Positions 51,220 through 63,825 of a stretch of DNA of 64,000 nt are shown piece after piece. Each line of letters starts with the position of its first letter. Within the stretch, counting starts at the first letter, position 1. The position numbers were made by a program, and so were the translations under genes. Location: contig JARDVH010000163.1 in the NCBI GenBank assembly GCA_030324005.1, positions 47,622,954-47,686,953 on the forward strand, read 5' to 3'. The notes beneath the pieces are model-generated. The model did no database searches and was not told the origin of the DNA. It saw only the letters and a list, made by a program, of their open reading frames with translations. The stretch comes from Negaprion brevirostris. Lineage: Eukaryota.

Positions 51220-52347
51220 GGGCCCAATTTTATCATCGCTTTGTGCCCGTGTTCAGGCATGAGAACTTGGTAAAGTGGGGCATGAGATGAGTAGCGTGAT
51301 TCACGCCCGCCTCTGCACCAGTTCCGCCTTTACCAAGGCTCAAAAATGGCCGTGATCAGCCAAATGATTTGCATGTATATAAATTGACTTAATGGGCTGC
51401 ACTCCCAACTTTACTGGCACTTCCGCCTTACCACCGTGATCGCCCATTCAGAATCGGTGCACAACATACATGCTCCATATAGGTCTGATTCAGGTGCTCC
51501 ATCAGTGAGGGTTAGTGAGGAGGTAACTGCGAGCATCCATCTCTCTGCTTGAGATCGGTAGGGGTGTGGGGGAGTTGAAGGAGGGTCTACTGTCACTCTG
51601 CTTGAGATTGCTGGCAGGTGAAGGGGTGTCCACTGCCACTCTGCCTGAGATCAACGGAGGGGAAGGGGTGTCAACAAAGAACAAAGAACAATCCAGCACG
51701 GGAAACAGGCCCTTCGGCTCAACGAGCCCACGCCGCCATCACCCTACACCTATTCTACCCTTCGTGTCTACGAATGGAACCCCTACCTTAGCCAGANNNN
51801 NNNNNNNNNNNNNNNNNNNNNNNNNNNNNNNNNNNNNNNNNNNNNNNNNNNNNNNNNNNNNNNNNNNNNNNNNNNNNNNNNNNNNNNNNNNNNNNNNNNN
51901 NNNNNNNNNNNNNNNNNNNNNNNNNNNNNNNNNNNNNNNNNNNNNNNNNNNNNNNNNNNNNNNNNNNNNNNNNNNNNNNNNNNNNNNNNNNNNNNNNNNN
52001 NNNNNNNNNNNNNNNNNNNNNNNNNNNNCGGTAATGTTGGGAGGGGTGGAGCAATGTCTGTGGGGCCAGGAGGGGAATATTATCCGGCCCGGGAGGGATG
52101 TGGCAGTGGAGCAGCATTCTATCATTTTTTTTCTGTAGATGTGCAGTTGGAGGCACCAATAGGAGCTGCAGGATTTCGGGCACGTTAAGCCCCGCCCACA
52201 GCTTGTGCAGTGCGATTTGGACTCGCTGATATTTTTGCAGCAGTGTGCTTATGGGAATGCCTCAGCATGGGTCTAAAAGTTGGATCTGAAACGCCTCCAG
52301 TTTCAAGTCCGCCCAGCACTTAGAATCGAAATGGTAAAATAAGGCCC
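51220..52347 (+). mobile_element. ~1.1-kb non-autonomous TIR DNA transposon (Harbinger-like) with internal GC-rich tandem units
   Basis: GGGCCCAATTTTATCAT ... ATGGTAAAATAAGGCCC; homologous, in opposite orientation, to 62677-63440. Confidence 0.75.
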
Positions 52348-55191
52348 TTTCTGTCCTCTGACAAGTTCCAGGCACTGGCCACAAGAAATCCCAGCATAGT
52401 GAAAAAACAACTTCAAACAAAAACCAGGTTTGTTTGATTAAAGATCTTTTATATATTGAATGTGAAATCTCTGCAGACCATTCAACCACACCCTGATACT
52501 TTGTTGTATATAATTTACATTGCTGCATTCCATTCAGATACAGCAACCAGAAAACAGCATTCAGGACATTTAGATGTGAAGTTGTTGGAGTTGTGCGCAT
52601 TAGGCTAGTGTGTGGTACACATTGTAGCTACACCACAGGAAGCGCAGCGCTTTAAGAAGGTGGTTCACTATCACCTTTTCTAGCAGAATTAGGGATGGGC
52701 AACTAATGCTGGCGTAGCCAGTGACCCCCACATCCCCATGGAAGAATAAAAGAAAATTTGCACCAAGCCCCAGAAGGGAATTGCCCATCAGAAGTTTAAA
52801 CTCCCTGGGTAATTCCCATGTATGTCTATGCATCTGGACTTCCACAGGNNNNTTCAGTGAAATGTCCGAATTCTGAGGATCGGGAAGATTTGGGCCAATG
52901 TTTACATGCTGTTTGGGCAGTCAATGCATGAAAGTCCACCCTAATCTCTTCTTTTGCAAGCGATCAATACAAAGGAATGTATATCTTCTGGAAATGGGAA
53001 AGGTAAGCAATAGATGGCACTATTTTCACTGCTATTCATCCTTAGAAAACAATGCATTGTGCAGAATGTACAATATGTTTTAGTGTTGCTGAACTTGCAC
53101 TACTAAAGTGAAGTTTGACAACCAGATGCAACTTTGAATGAAGCCATTGCAAATTGTGATTCCGTGGAGATGCTTTTATTATCGAAGTGTATACGATTCA
53201 ATCAGGTTTGCACATCGGAACATTCATTATATTCGGTTCCGTTTGTTCTCTGGACACACTAAATTTTGTTACTGTTCTGGAAATGTGAGTACAATATAGC
53301 AAGCCATCTGGTAATACTGCGAAAAGTGGTTGATGTGGCAGCTTCCAAATTGTGAGAGGAAAAATGTGAATTCTGCATATTTCTCTTCAAAATCTGAATG
53401 GTCTTTGTCTCCCAAACAGCAATTGCAGGTATAATTAAATCACCACTGTTTATCTGAATGATAGATAGGATAGTGATCTTTCTGAATGTCCCTGTTGTAA
53501 CCTGCCAACCTCATATGAACAGACTGTTAATAATTCTATCTCCCCTCCTTTGTAACTCCCTTATTATATTTTATCTCCCAAGCTCACGCCATTGTTCCAT
53601 GCAGCAGCTATTTACAGCTGACCTGAATGGATTCATCATTCATTATCTGTTAATTAGAGATGCATTTCCGTTGGCCTTGCAGATAATCCTCTTAACTCCT
53701 TTTTTGTTTGGTTTGCATTTTGATATGTGCTTTACATTTGCGAGCCTATTAGCTGCTTGCTGTCAGTGCTTCTTGCCCTAGACAGAAGGAGCAGAAAGAG
53801 CTAATACTTATAATTTAACATAGCAGGAGAGTGGTTACAGAGTTGCTGATTGAGGGTGGTGATTTAAAGGCATCGTTTAGCCAGCAAATCCTCTTCCTCG
53901 CATGTCCCGATGTCTTATAAATCTGTCGCTCTATAAAAGCTGCAAATTCTTGGGGTCGGATTGTCAAAGGCTCCAAAAGCTAGTGTGGAACCTCACTTTG
54001 CCAGACTTCTACCCCATTCCTCTGCATGAGTATATTTGGAGCAGAGGAATCTGTTATCTATTCTCCCTGCACTCCACTCATCTTGAACCCTGCCTTCAAT
54101 TTGGAGATGCGACTGGCAATTTTCCCAGGGTACTCCGAGAATCCTATGAAATACGTAGCCAATTGATTCAGAAGAACTAATATATTGGTCTGCCTGTGGA
54201 CCCTGCTAAATAGTAATCAGAGGATGAATTTAATCCAGTAAGGGATAGTTAGAAGAGCAAAAATAATTTGCAGTCCTTTCTTTCAGAGTGACCAAGATTT
54301 ATTGGATAGCTTCCTCATTCCTGTAACCCTCACTGCATTGGTGCCAGCTCCAGTAATTAAATTGTCCAGTTCCCAAGACCTGAAGTGAGATAGTAGAGAA
54401 GCCAAAGCAATGGAAGGAGCTTTGTACTGTTGCAGTCCATGTTCCAAAATAGTGCCACCAGAATTTTCATGTTGTGGCCCATAATAATATAAGTTTTACT
54501 TATCACAAGCAACTTGCATTTATTTTCCACTTTTAACAAAGGAAAATATCTTCATAAAAGCATTGTTACACAAAATCTATAGATTTAATTATTTATTTAG
54601 AGAACATCACTGGAAAGGCCAGCATTTATTGCCCATCTAAATATCCCTGAGAAGTTGGTGTCGCCCTCCTCCTCGAACTGCTGCAATCTGAGCTGGTTGG
54701 GTGCTTTGACAATGATACTGGGAAGACATTCAGGGATCAGTGACATTTTTGAATATTGCTGAAAAGACAGACATGTTGCTGAAGTCTTGCACCCCTCAAG
54801 ACAAATGGAAGAACAACAAATTTCAAACAATCTGAGCAATTATACCACAGGAGAAAGAAATACTGGCTGGTTGGCACGTTTTTCCATGGAGAAAACAATG
54901 GGGCACTATAGGCACTCCATTCCTCCAGCTAATTCAAAAGAGGTGCAAGGTTTGAACATATTCCTTTTGTTTGCAGAGAACAGGTCCGTGCATATAAATA
55001 TGTCACTTCTAGCAAGCATAAATAAGCCATGATACAAGCTTGACTGATTAAATGTTTCTTCAAATGGCTATCAGCGCACTCAGGATTGTTTAGCAAGTAC
55101 TGTCTGCTTACTGAATCACATCAAGCAGTAGATATTTTGTTTTGGGCTTAATAGTGTGAGCTGGTTGAGTACATTCTGTAATCTGCCTATT

Positions 55192-55507
55192 ATCATAGGA
55201 TCATAGAATCCTACAGTACAGAAGGAGGCCATTCAGCCCATCGAGTCTGCACTGACCACAATCCCACCCAGGCCTTATCCCCATAACCCCATGGATTTAC
55301 CCAGCTAGTCCCCCTGACATTAAGGGTTAATTTAGTATGGCCAATCCACCTAATCTGCACATCTTTGGACTGTGGGAGGGACTGGAGCACCCAAAGGAAA
55401 CCCACAAAGACAAGGGGAGAATGTGCAAACTCCACCCAGACAGTGAACCAAGCTGGGAATTGAATCTGGGTCCCTGGCGCTATGAGGTGGTGGTGCTAAC
55501 CACTGTA
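55192..55507 (-). mobile_element. HE1-type V-SINE
   Basis: Tail, core and most of head. Confidence 0.88.
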
Positions 55508-55523
55508 CAACCAGTGACATGAA

Positions 55524-55780
55524 TGTGGTGTTTGCACATTCTCCCTGTGTCTGCGTGGGTTTCCTCTAGGTGGTCTGGTTTACTCCCACAGTCCAAAGAT
55601 ATGTGGGTTAGGTTGATTGGCCATGTTATATTGGCACTTAGTGTCCCAGGAGCGTAGGTTAGAGGATTAGCGGGGTAAATATGTGGGATTATGGGTATAG
55701 GGCCTGGGTGGGATTGTGATCAGTGCAGAATTGATGGGTGGAATGATCTCCTTCTGCACTGCGGGGACTCTATGATTCTA
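55524..55780 (+). mobile_element. HE1-type V-SINE, 5'-truncated
   Basis: Core and tail in opposite orientation to the adjacent copy. Confidence 0.88.
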
Positions 55781-58134
55781 TTATAAGCAACCAGAGGAAG
55801 ATGTTGTTTGATTCAATCCACTAATCATTGGGATGTATGGCCTATATACCTGGCATCGCACTGGCACAACATTGCTCCGTTGTATGGTATGCAGCACATA
55901 CAATCTTATCCTGCAGGAGAATGGTGATCCTGATCAGATCATTGTTCACTGTGTTACAAACTTGCAAATGGGCAAAAGGCTGCCATGTTTGAACCTGAAA
56001 AGTGCCAGGTCTACCTCAAATTACCTCAAAAATTTAAACAACAGGTTCATCAAGCTTTTGCTATGCAATAGTGACGTGAGTGGTATTTTCCAATAGTGAG
56101 ATACTGCTGTCAGTCTAAAAATGTTCTGCTGAGCACATTGGGATAGTGATGAAGACATTGGTTTCAGATATGATTCTATGAGTCTGTCAAATGTCAGATA
56201 TTGCTTGATCAGCCTGGCACACAGCTGTCCCAGTTGTGGTACAGGTCTCCAGATGTCAGTGAGGAAGACATTGCAGGGTTGACAGGGTAGGGTGTGCCTT
56301 TGTTGTGTCCCAGCTTGATGCCTATATTATCATCTGGGTTTATTCTTATTACACTTATGAAGGCAATTGACCAAAATCTTTAATGCACACCTGAAAAAGA
56401 GACATAAGAACATAAGAACTAGGAGCAGGAGTAGGCCATCTGGCCATCTGGCCCCTTGAGTCTCCTCCGCCATTCAATAAGATCTGGGCTGATCTNNNNN
56501 NNNNNTTAATTCCTTTACTGTTTAAAAATGTATCTATCTGGAGAGGTTTAGAGAAGGAGTTCCAAAACTAAACATCTAGGCAGCTAAATTTTTGGCTGCC
56601 AATGGTGGAGAAATGAAAAGATATGCAAAAGATGTTAGAATTAGAGGAAGACTGAAATTTGGGGATTGTAGGGCTGAAGGACGTTACCAAGATGGAGTTG
56701 ACAAAACCAAGGTAGGATTTAAGATCAATGCTGAGAATTTTTAAATCGAGGCTTTACTGGACTGGGAGCCCATGCAGTTTTATAAGCGCAGGAATAATGC
56801 ATGAACATGAATTATGGTACAAGTAGCAGAGTTTTGGATGAGCTTTACTTCAGTGAAGGTGGAAGGTGATATCCACGCATGGTTGCATTTTCAAATACAC
56901 TTATGAAAATTCTCAGAAGACAAGTCAGCGCCTGTAGGAAAGCTATATAAACTAATCTTTTGTGTTTAAGCACCTCACCAGAACCCAACTAATGAAGATT
57001 CTCACAGCTGCAAGGCAAATTCTACCATTTTGAAAAAATGTTATTTGTTTCAAATCTGTGCCTGACCAGGAAATCATATAGCAGTCATTCCTGTTATATA
57101 TCAGCCTGAATATAAGAATAGTTATTTTCTGCCAAGTTTCTTTTATTTCAGATTTGACTAGGTTCCATCTTTTGAAACCACCTGGAAATAATTGCTAATT
57201 GCTGAATAGTTCCAAGACTGTTCAGATTCCATTATGACCAACATATCAATGAATAATATTTACTTTAGTCAACTAGCTGCGCAAGCACAAGATGGCTAAA
57301 TGAAAAGCAGCAGAATGAATAGTACAAGGTCTCCAGGCTATTGATTTACAAGAGATAAAAACTGCGATGTGCAAAATGTCATCGAGTGTAAACTAGGAAT
57401 AAGCAGACCCGCCAGTATTTATCTGCATGATGAGTCTCAACATCCCATGGTTCTGTAAGCAAGCCAGCACCAGAGAGATAAGTCTGTGCAGGTTGTCAAA
57501 TGCCTGCATTCAGCAGTGTTGATTCAAAGCACAATGAATCTGACAAGGTTTTGCTATCTTGTCAACTGGTTGTTTGTATGTGTGTGTATGTGTACTGATC
57601 TTGGAGCATGAACTAGTTAATCTATACAAAAATGATTGTTCTCTCTCAGTGTGCCTCTTATAAGAAACCTGCTGGAAGGTGGTGCTTAGACTAGATTAAA
57701 AATTCATTAGTATTGCATTATAGGAGGCCCTTGGCATCACTTGAACAATCCAGATTTATAGTCAGAGCTTGTATTCCATCACTCATTTCGAACCGTGGAT
57801 GACAGTTTCTGTGGGAAAAAAAACCAGGTGAAAATTGTGAGCGAGAGTCGCAGTCTTCTTAGCTATTGCTGCAGCTTTTGTTTGGTTTCCTGTTTGCCTG
57901 TATTAAAATTAATTTTGGGGCCTCTTGAGACTATTGACTGCTGCCTGATGGTAATGGGTGCATTGCTGCCTTTCTCCTAGCATGAAACCTTTACAGTCAT
58001 GTTTGCACCACATCAATGCAGCTCTATGTGTTATAGATCACCACAGTATAACGCAGACCATGTTGATGCAGAAGAATTGCATGCTGTACTGTTGAAATGC
58101 AATGATGTTAGTGTGGAGAGCTTCATTCAGCACC

Positions 58135-58197
58135 ATGGATAGCTCAGAGCGGCAGTCACGCTTGTGGGAGAACACCCCTGAAAAACATTCAGATGCA
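58135..58197 (+). CDS. SCHIP1: SCHIP1 alternative first coding exon (MDSSERQSRLWENTPEKHSDA)
   Basis: Strong Kozak context gcaccATGG, 21 codons, phase-0 donor GTaagt. Same length, W11 and KHSD as human MERSGQRVTTWDCDQGKHSDS (recalled). Expected position downstream of IQCJ exon 4. Confidence 0.8.
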
Positions 58198-59685
58198 GTA
58201 AGTTTTAACAAGTGATTCCTTACTAAAAGGAAGTTAAACTGTGCACAGGTGGTTTTTAATTCACTTTGTCATAATAACTGCTTTATAAGCTATTTTTGTT
58301 TCACTTGCAAATATAATTTTTCAAACCAGTAACATCATTAGGGTACCTGACAGTTCTCTTTGAATCTATCTAGTGGAAAAATTCAAAACTCTCAGTCACT
58401 GTCTCTGCTGCTGACAGTTCCCTATAAAGATAATAGAGTATGGTTCTCATTTTATGTCTGCAGAATGGTGTCTTAATATAACAAGCTGTTTATATTTCCT
58501 GTAATGAAATGCATAATTGTATATACACAACAATTTATATAGCATGTTAATTTTTTACAAAGTGTAGAATTTTGAATCCTGTGGTAGTTTTCACAAATGT
58601 CACCTTTTAGAAGAAATATTTTATGAACAACACTTTTGTTATACTTGTGTTTAATTTTGTCTATTTTCTAGCCAATTGGATTGTCACTAAAGCAGAGTGA
58701 ATTTGGTATCAGAAATTTCTTTTCACAGGTGGCTGTTGAATCCAGATGGCAAGTTATCTCCATTTGTCTAAACCAAACAATGTCAGCATTTTTAAATCAT
58801 GCTGATTATCAACTCCATTCATATGCAATTTTGCAATTCTTTACAATTCACTATCTGGATGGTACTTGCAGGCAGTTGTTACTACGTGTGCATTTTTTTT
58901 TGGTTTATTTATGTTGCTGATTTCAGGGGCAAATGTTGTTGATGGGAAAGATTACTGAAGTGCCAGATGTTCCANNNNNNNNNNNNNNNNNNNNNNNNNN
59001 NNNNNNNNNNNNNNNNNNNNNNNNNNNNNNNNNNNNNNNNNNNNNNNNNNNNNNNNNNNNNNNNNNNNNNNNNNGTTGTTGATGGGAAAGATTACTGAAG
59101 TGCTAGATGTTCCATTAACTTGTTCAATGGGCCAGTTTCAATGTATTCTCAATAGAGGTTGGCAAGAGATTATATGTAGGTTAGTTGGATTTGAATTTTA
59201 TTAGGCATGAGTTTTGTTTGGCATTCTTCAGTTGATCATTTGAGTTTACTAAACTATTTCTTGGTATTTTCAACAATTATGCAGAATTAATTTAGTTTAT
59301 GTCGTGTATAAAAAGCTTCAGCAGAGAATAATGGGAATAAAAGTTATCTCACCTGTAGATTATTTTATTTCTGTATCAGTCATTGAAATTGAGGCAAATC
59401 CAGGAGTAGTTTATCAGTTCATAGAATAGAAATCTATAAAATTATTTCTGCTAAAAGTGTAGAATGGCCAACAGAATTTCTGACAGATTGCCCTGAGTCT
59501 CCTGAAATTCTAATGCATCCTTCTGTATTCCTGATGCATGAGGGATTAGTTAAACCTGCATTAAAAAATCTGTTTTCACATAATAGCCTCCCAAAAAAAC
59601 TTGTCTGTGAGGCAGTTCAATGAACAGAAATTATTGCATGTAGAGATTCTTCAGTGTAGACTTTTGAACGAATGCAGGATGTTGT

Positions 59686-59862
59686 CACAGAATCGTAGAA
59701 TCCCTACAGTGCAGAAGGAGGCCATTCAGCCCATCAAGCCTGCAACGATGACAATCCCACCCAGGCCCTAATCCTGTAACCGCATATATATAACCCATTA
59801 ATCCCCCTGATACTAAGGAACAATTTAGCATGGCCAATCAACCTAACATGCACATCTTTGGT
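59686..59862 (-). mobile_element. HE1-type V-SINE 3' fragment
   Basis: Tail matches other copies. Confidence 0.8.
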
Positions 59863-60059
59863 TGTGCTGCAGCTTTGAGTGAAAAATATTTGTTCTATAC
59901 AGTTANNNNNNNNNNNNNNNNNNNNNNNNNNNNNNNNNNNNNNNNNNNNNNNNNNNNNNNNNNNNNNNNNNNNNNNNNNNNNNNNNNNNNNNNNNNNNNN
60001 NNNNNGAAAAAAACTGAAAGATGAAAAGAAAAGGAAATGAAGTAGGGGAACAGAATTTT

Positions 60060-60320
60060 AAATCTGAAATTGTTAAACTCAGTGCTGAATCTGGAAGGTT
60101 GTAAAATGCCTTATTAAAAGATGAGATGGTATTCCCAAAGCCTTAGCTGAGCTCCACTGTAACATGCAGCAGGCCGAGGACAGAGATGTCAGCACGAGAG
60201 CAAGGTGGAGACTTAAAAGTGATAGACTACCGAAAACTAGGGTTCATGCTTTTGGACTGAATGGAAGTTTTGCACAAAGTGGTCATCCAATCTCCTTTTG
60301 GTTCCCCTGATGTGGAGCAG
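60060..60320 (-). mobile_element. Penelope-like GIY-YIG endonuclease fragment (second family)
   Basis: Minus strand LLHIRGTKRRLDDHF (decayed YIGETKR) ... GILQPSRFSTEFNNFR. Confidence 0.7.
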
Positions 60321-61459
60321 AAATCAAACCTACACTGTTGCCATTATTTTGAGCCAGCCATTGAGCCAACTGAGTTGAATTGCCCCTACATTAGATACCT
60401 CTAACAAATTCTAAAACAAGATGCATAAACTAGTTTAAAACCATGTACAGAAAGCAAATTAAAGACTGGCAAAGAAAGATGGGATTAAGAGAGAGACACA
60501 GAGAGAGACCGAGGGAAAAGAGTAAAAACAACGCCAATTGAATTTTGTTGGGATGAAATTTTCAGAGCCAGATTTGTTATTTGGCAATAATTACCACATC
60601 ATCCAAGATTTATCTACTTCTGAATGCATCAGCCCTAATATTCCTTGGTGTACATAGTGTGTAATAATGTGTTGGTGAGACAATTTCATGCTATTCCATT
60701 GATTTCAGTTCAAGTCCATTGGGTGCAGGCCATGGAAGAGCGAGCTTTGTTTGACAGCAGCTTAGCTGAGCACGTGTGGATACCAGAGGTTGCTGTCTGA
60801 CTTACGCCATAAAGAATGAAGTTAGCTTCACCTTGATCCTTAAAGCAAATTTTGGTTCAGTGGGTTTATATTTCTGACTAATAGGAAACTGATTCTAGCA
60901 GTTTAATATATTTAGTGCCAGCATAAAACTGATGTTATAATGGGAGGGATTGACATGACGAAGCTCGCTAGACTTTTGTAGGCAGCTCTCTTCAAGCTCA
61001 TTGAGTGCTGTCCATTCATTGCTGACCAAAGGTCTGTGTCAATATAGTATCTTTTATTAGCAATTTTCATATTAATTGAATTTAGGCATTCTGAATTGGG
61101 TCTTTTCTGGGCGTCCATACCACAAAACTCTGTCTAACAGGCTGCCAGATAGGAGAGGAATTGAATGTTTCACAGTAACACTGTATTGTTCCAAGTAAGC
61201 ACATGAATGCGGAATTTGGGGAGTTTTACTGAGTACCTAACCATGATATGTGACCTGGAGTGCTTGATGATGATGTTGAGGGCTGAATTTTTCTAGCCCA
61301 TTGGGGGAAAATGTTGGAGGCAGGCTTGCCATGAAAATATGGGGGAGCCACATCAGCATGGTTCCCTGATGTATTTCTGCCCAGAGGGAGATATCACAGG
61401 GATGGACTGGGAACAGAGCAGGGCAGCCAATTACGGTGGACTTGGGGCCCATTTTGTAA

Positions 61460-61810
61460 TTGTGGGTGGAATGGCTTGCTTAACCTGCTGTTCAACTTTT
61501 TTGAGATGCTTTGCTGTTCCAGGATTATTCGGGGTCGCTGGGCACTTCTCAGGTCCAATATTGATGGTCTTTGATCCATTTGCAAATTTCTGAAATACAC
61601 AGGGAACAATGACTTGATCAGGATAGTCATTGCCTCGCAGGATAATGTTGATCAGCTCCAATTTTGCATCATGCTTGCAAGTTGGGCAAATGGCTCAGGC
61701 CCTGTTCACAAGAGTGCTGATGAAGCCAACTCGCAAGGTGTTCATCTATACAAATATTTGAAGATAGGCTTGCATTGGGCCATAGCGAATAACATGCTAA
61801 CAGATGTCTT
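61460..61810 (-). mobile_element. Penelope-like RT thumb/linker fragment
   Basis: GFISTLVNRA.AIC..IILRGNDYPDQVI..GPEKCP..VEQQVKQAI; homologous to 55905-56060. Confidence 0.7.
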
Positions 61811-62676
61811 AACTAGTACATGACATAAGGGAGCATGTTAGACTATTCCGTCCTAAAAGCTAATTTGAGTGTAGGACCAATCATAGTAAGGTGCATAATG
61901 ATATTTCTCTATGTTTGCACATTAAGTTTAGATTTGGGGTTATCTGACTGCATTTATTCCACTGAAATGTGCTTCTAGGTCAGTAATTGATAGGTTTAAA
62001 GAAATAAACAGCGAATGGTTATGCATTTTGCATCTTGATGAATAGGTTTAAAACTATATGATTAAGTGAACGCTATTTAAAAAAATATCCTCGGTGCAAT
62101 AGTCATCAATTGAGTAAAGTAGACATGCAATCAGTAGGGACCGAGAGCGTGCATGTTGGGAGGAGTTGGTTTGTTTCTGTTTCAGGCACAAAGATTAATT
62201 GCTATTCATTGAATAGTCTGGCAATAACAATTGGAAGAGGTTCAGAGAATTATTCATTCATTCAATTTATTTGATAATGTGCATTTCGAGAGTGAATACA
62301 GACTATTCAAAATCCCATTTTGTCTGAGCATAATGCACAAATGTTGTAGTCATGCAGTCACCAATGTGAAATCAGTAAACTATGAAATCAAACAATTGAT
62401 TGAGGTCTCTTTAAATTTTAAAACTTCATATTTGTAACAATTTTGCAATTCAAGTATACATACTATTTAAGGAAATGCTAATATGCTAATAAATAATGCT
62501 TTGCAAATTCTCCTTCTTTATAGATGACATGTTCTTGTATGCATATATGTACCAGATTTTGTTACATCTCGTGATTAAGGTGTTTGCTTTATTTTTACTT
62601 AAAAATGGTTTGTGTATTTGTTGGAAATAAAGAAAAGACTAAAGTTGTTCATTCCGAGAATGTTTTAAGGCTCAAT

Positions 62677-63440
62677 GGGCCCTATTTTACCATTTTAATT
62701 CTAAGNNNNNNNNNNNNNNNNNNNNNNNNNNNNNNNNNNNNNNNNNNNNNNNNNNNNNNNNNNNNNNNNNNNNNNNNNNNNNNNNNNNNNNNNNNNNNNN
62801 NNNNNNNNNNNNNNNNNNNNNNNNNNNNNNNNNNNNNNNNNNNNNNNNNNNNNNNNNNNNNNNNNNNNNNNNNNNNNNNNNNNNNNNNNNNNNNNNNNNN
62901 NNNNNNNNNNNNNNNNNNNNNNNNNNNNNNNNNNNNNNNNNNNNNNNNNNNNNNNNNNNNNNNNNNNNNNNNNNNNNNNNNNNNNNNNNNNNNNNNNNNN
63001 NNNNNNNNNNNNNNNNNNNNNNNNNNNNNNNNNNNNNNNNNNNNNNNNNNNNNNNNNNNNNNNNNNNNNNNNCAACCAACCTGAAGTAGAGAGCCATCGG
63101 ACGCTAGGCACCTACCTCCTCACTAGCTGCAACACCCGAATTGGACTTCTGTGGAACATGTCTGTTTCACACTGATTCTGGATGGGCGAACACATTGCTG
63201 AAGGGGGAAGTGCCGGTAAGGTTGGGTGTGCAGCCCATTAAGTCAATTTAAATGCATGCAAATACATTTAAATGGCCATCATGCCCATTCCGGGCATGTC
63301 ACGATCGCAGCCATTTTCAGGCCTTGGTAAAGGGAGAACCGGCGCGGAGGCGGGTGTAGATCGCGCTACTCACCTCACACCCGACTTTACCAAGTTTTTA
63401 CGCCCAAAAACAGGTGCAACGTGTTGATAAAAATGGGCCA
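62677..63440 (-). mobile_element. Non-autonomous TIR DNA transposon, inverted sister of 51220-52347
   Basis: GGGCCCTATTTTACCATT ... GATAAAAATGGGCC; AAT/AAT TSD; shared TAAATTGACTTAATGGGCTGCAC motif. Confidence 0.75.
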
Positions 63441-63723
63441 AATATGTCAGGGTACCATTTATCTGACATTGCTCTTTGCCTTCTGGAAGTGCAGAATGTG
63501 TTACCTGTGCGTGTTTTAGACCTAAGATAGTGTGAGGCCAAGATGATTAGTTGCATGCCAAGATGGCAAAGAAGCTGTCATCTGGTGTTCCGTAGGAACA
63601 ACCTCATTTTGATCAGGATATAATGAATCGTCTAGATGGCATGTGACTAAAGATATATAAAAATTTTGAGCTATCCTTCACGATATTTGAAACAATCCAG
63701 GTGGAAAGGATCAGCCAAGATTG

Positions 63724-63825
63724 CAGGCGGAAATTTCCCGCACCACCTGCCGCAGGAATGCAAATGTCTGTTGACCTCAGGCAGGATTTTCCAATCTTGG
63801 GTGAGTGTGACTGCAAAATCCTGTC
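63724..63825. mobile_element. Short MITE (family of 2121-2245)
   Basis: ATGCAAATGTCTGTTGACCTCAGGCAGGATTTTCC internal motif. Confidence 0.6.

Larger units (their letters stand above)
54760..56130 (-). mobile_element. Penelope-like element, GIY-YIG endonuclease remnant with inverted 5' piece, split by two SINEs
   Basis: Minus strand CQCDARYIGHTSQ.LVD.IKQH (about 55870-55800) and QYLLNNPECA..CKQKEYVQTLHLF (about 55105-54935); plus-strand ILQENGDPDQII (about 55905-56000). Confidence 0.75.
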
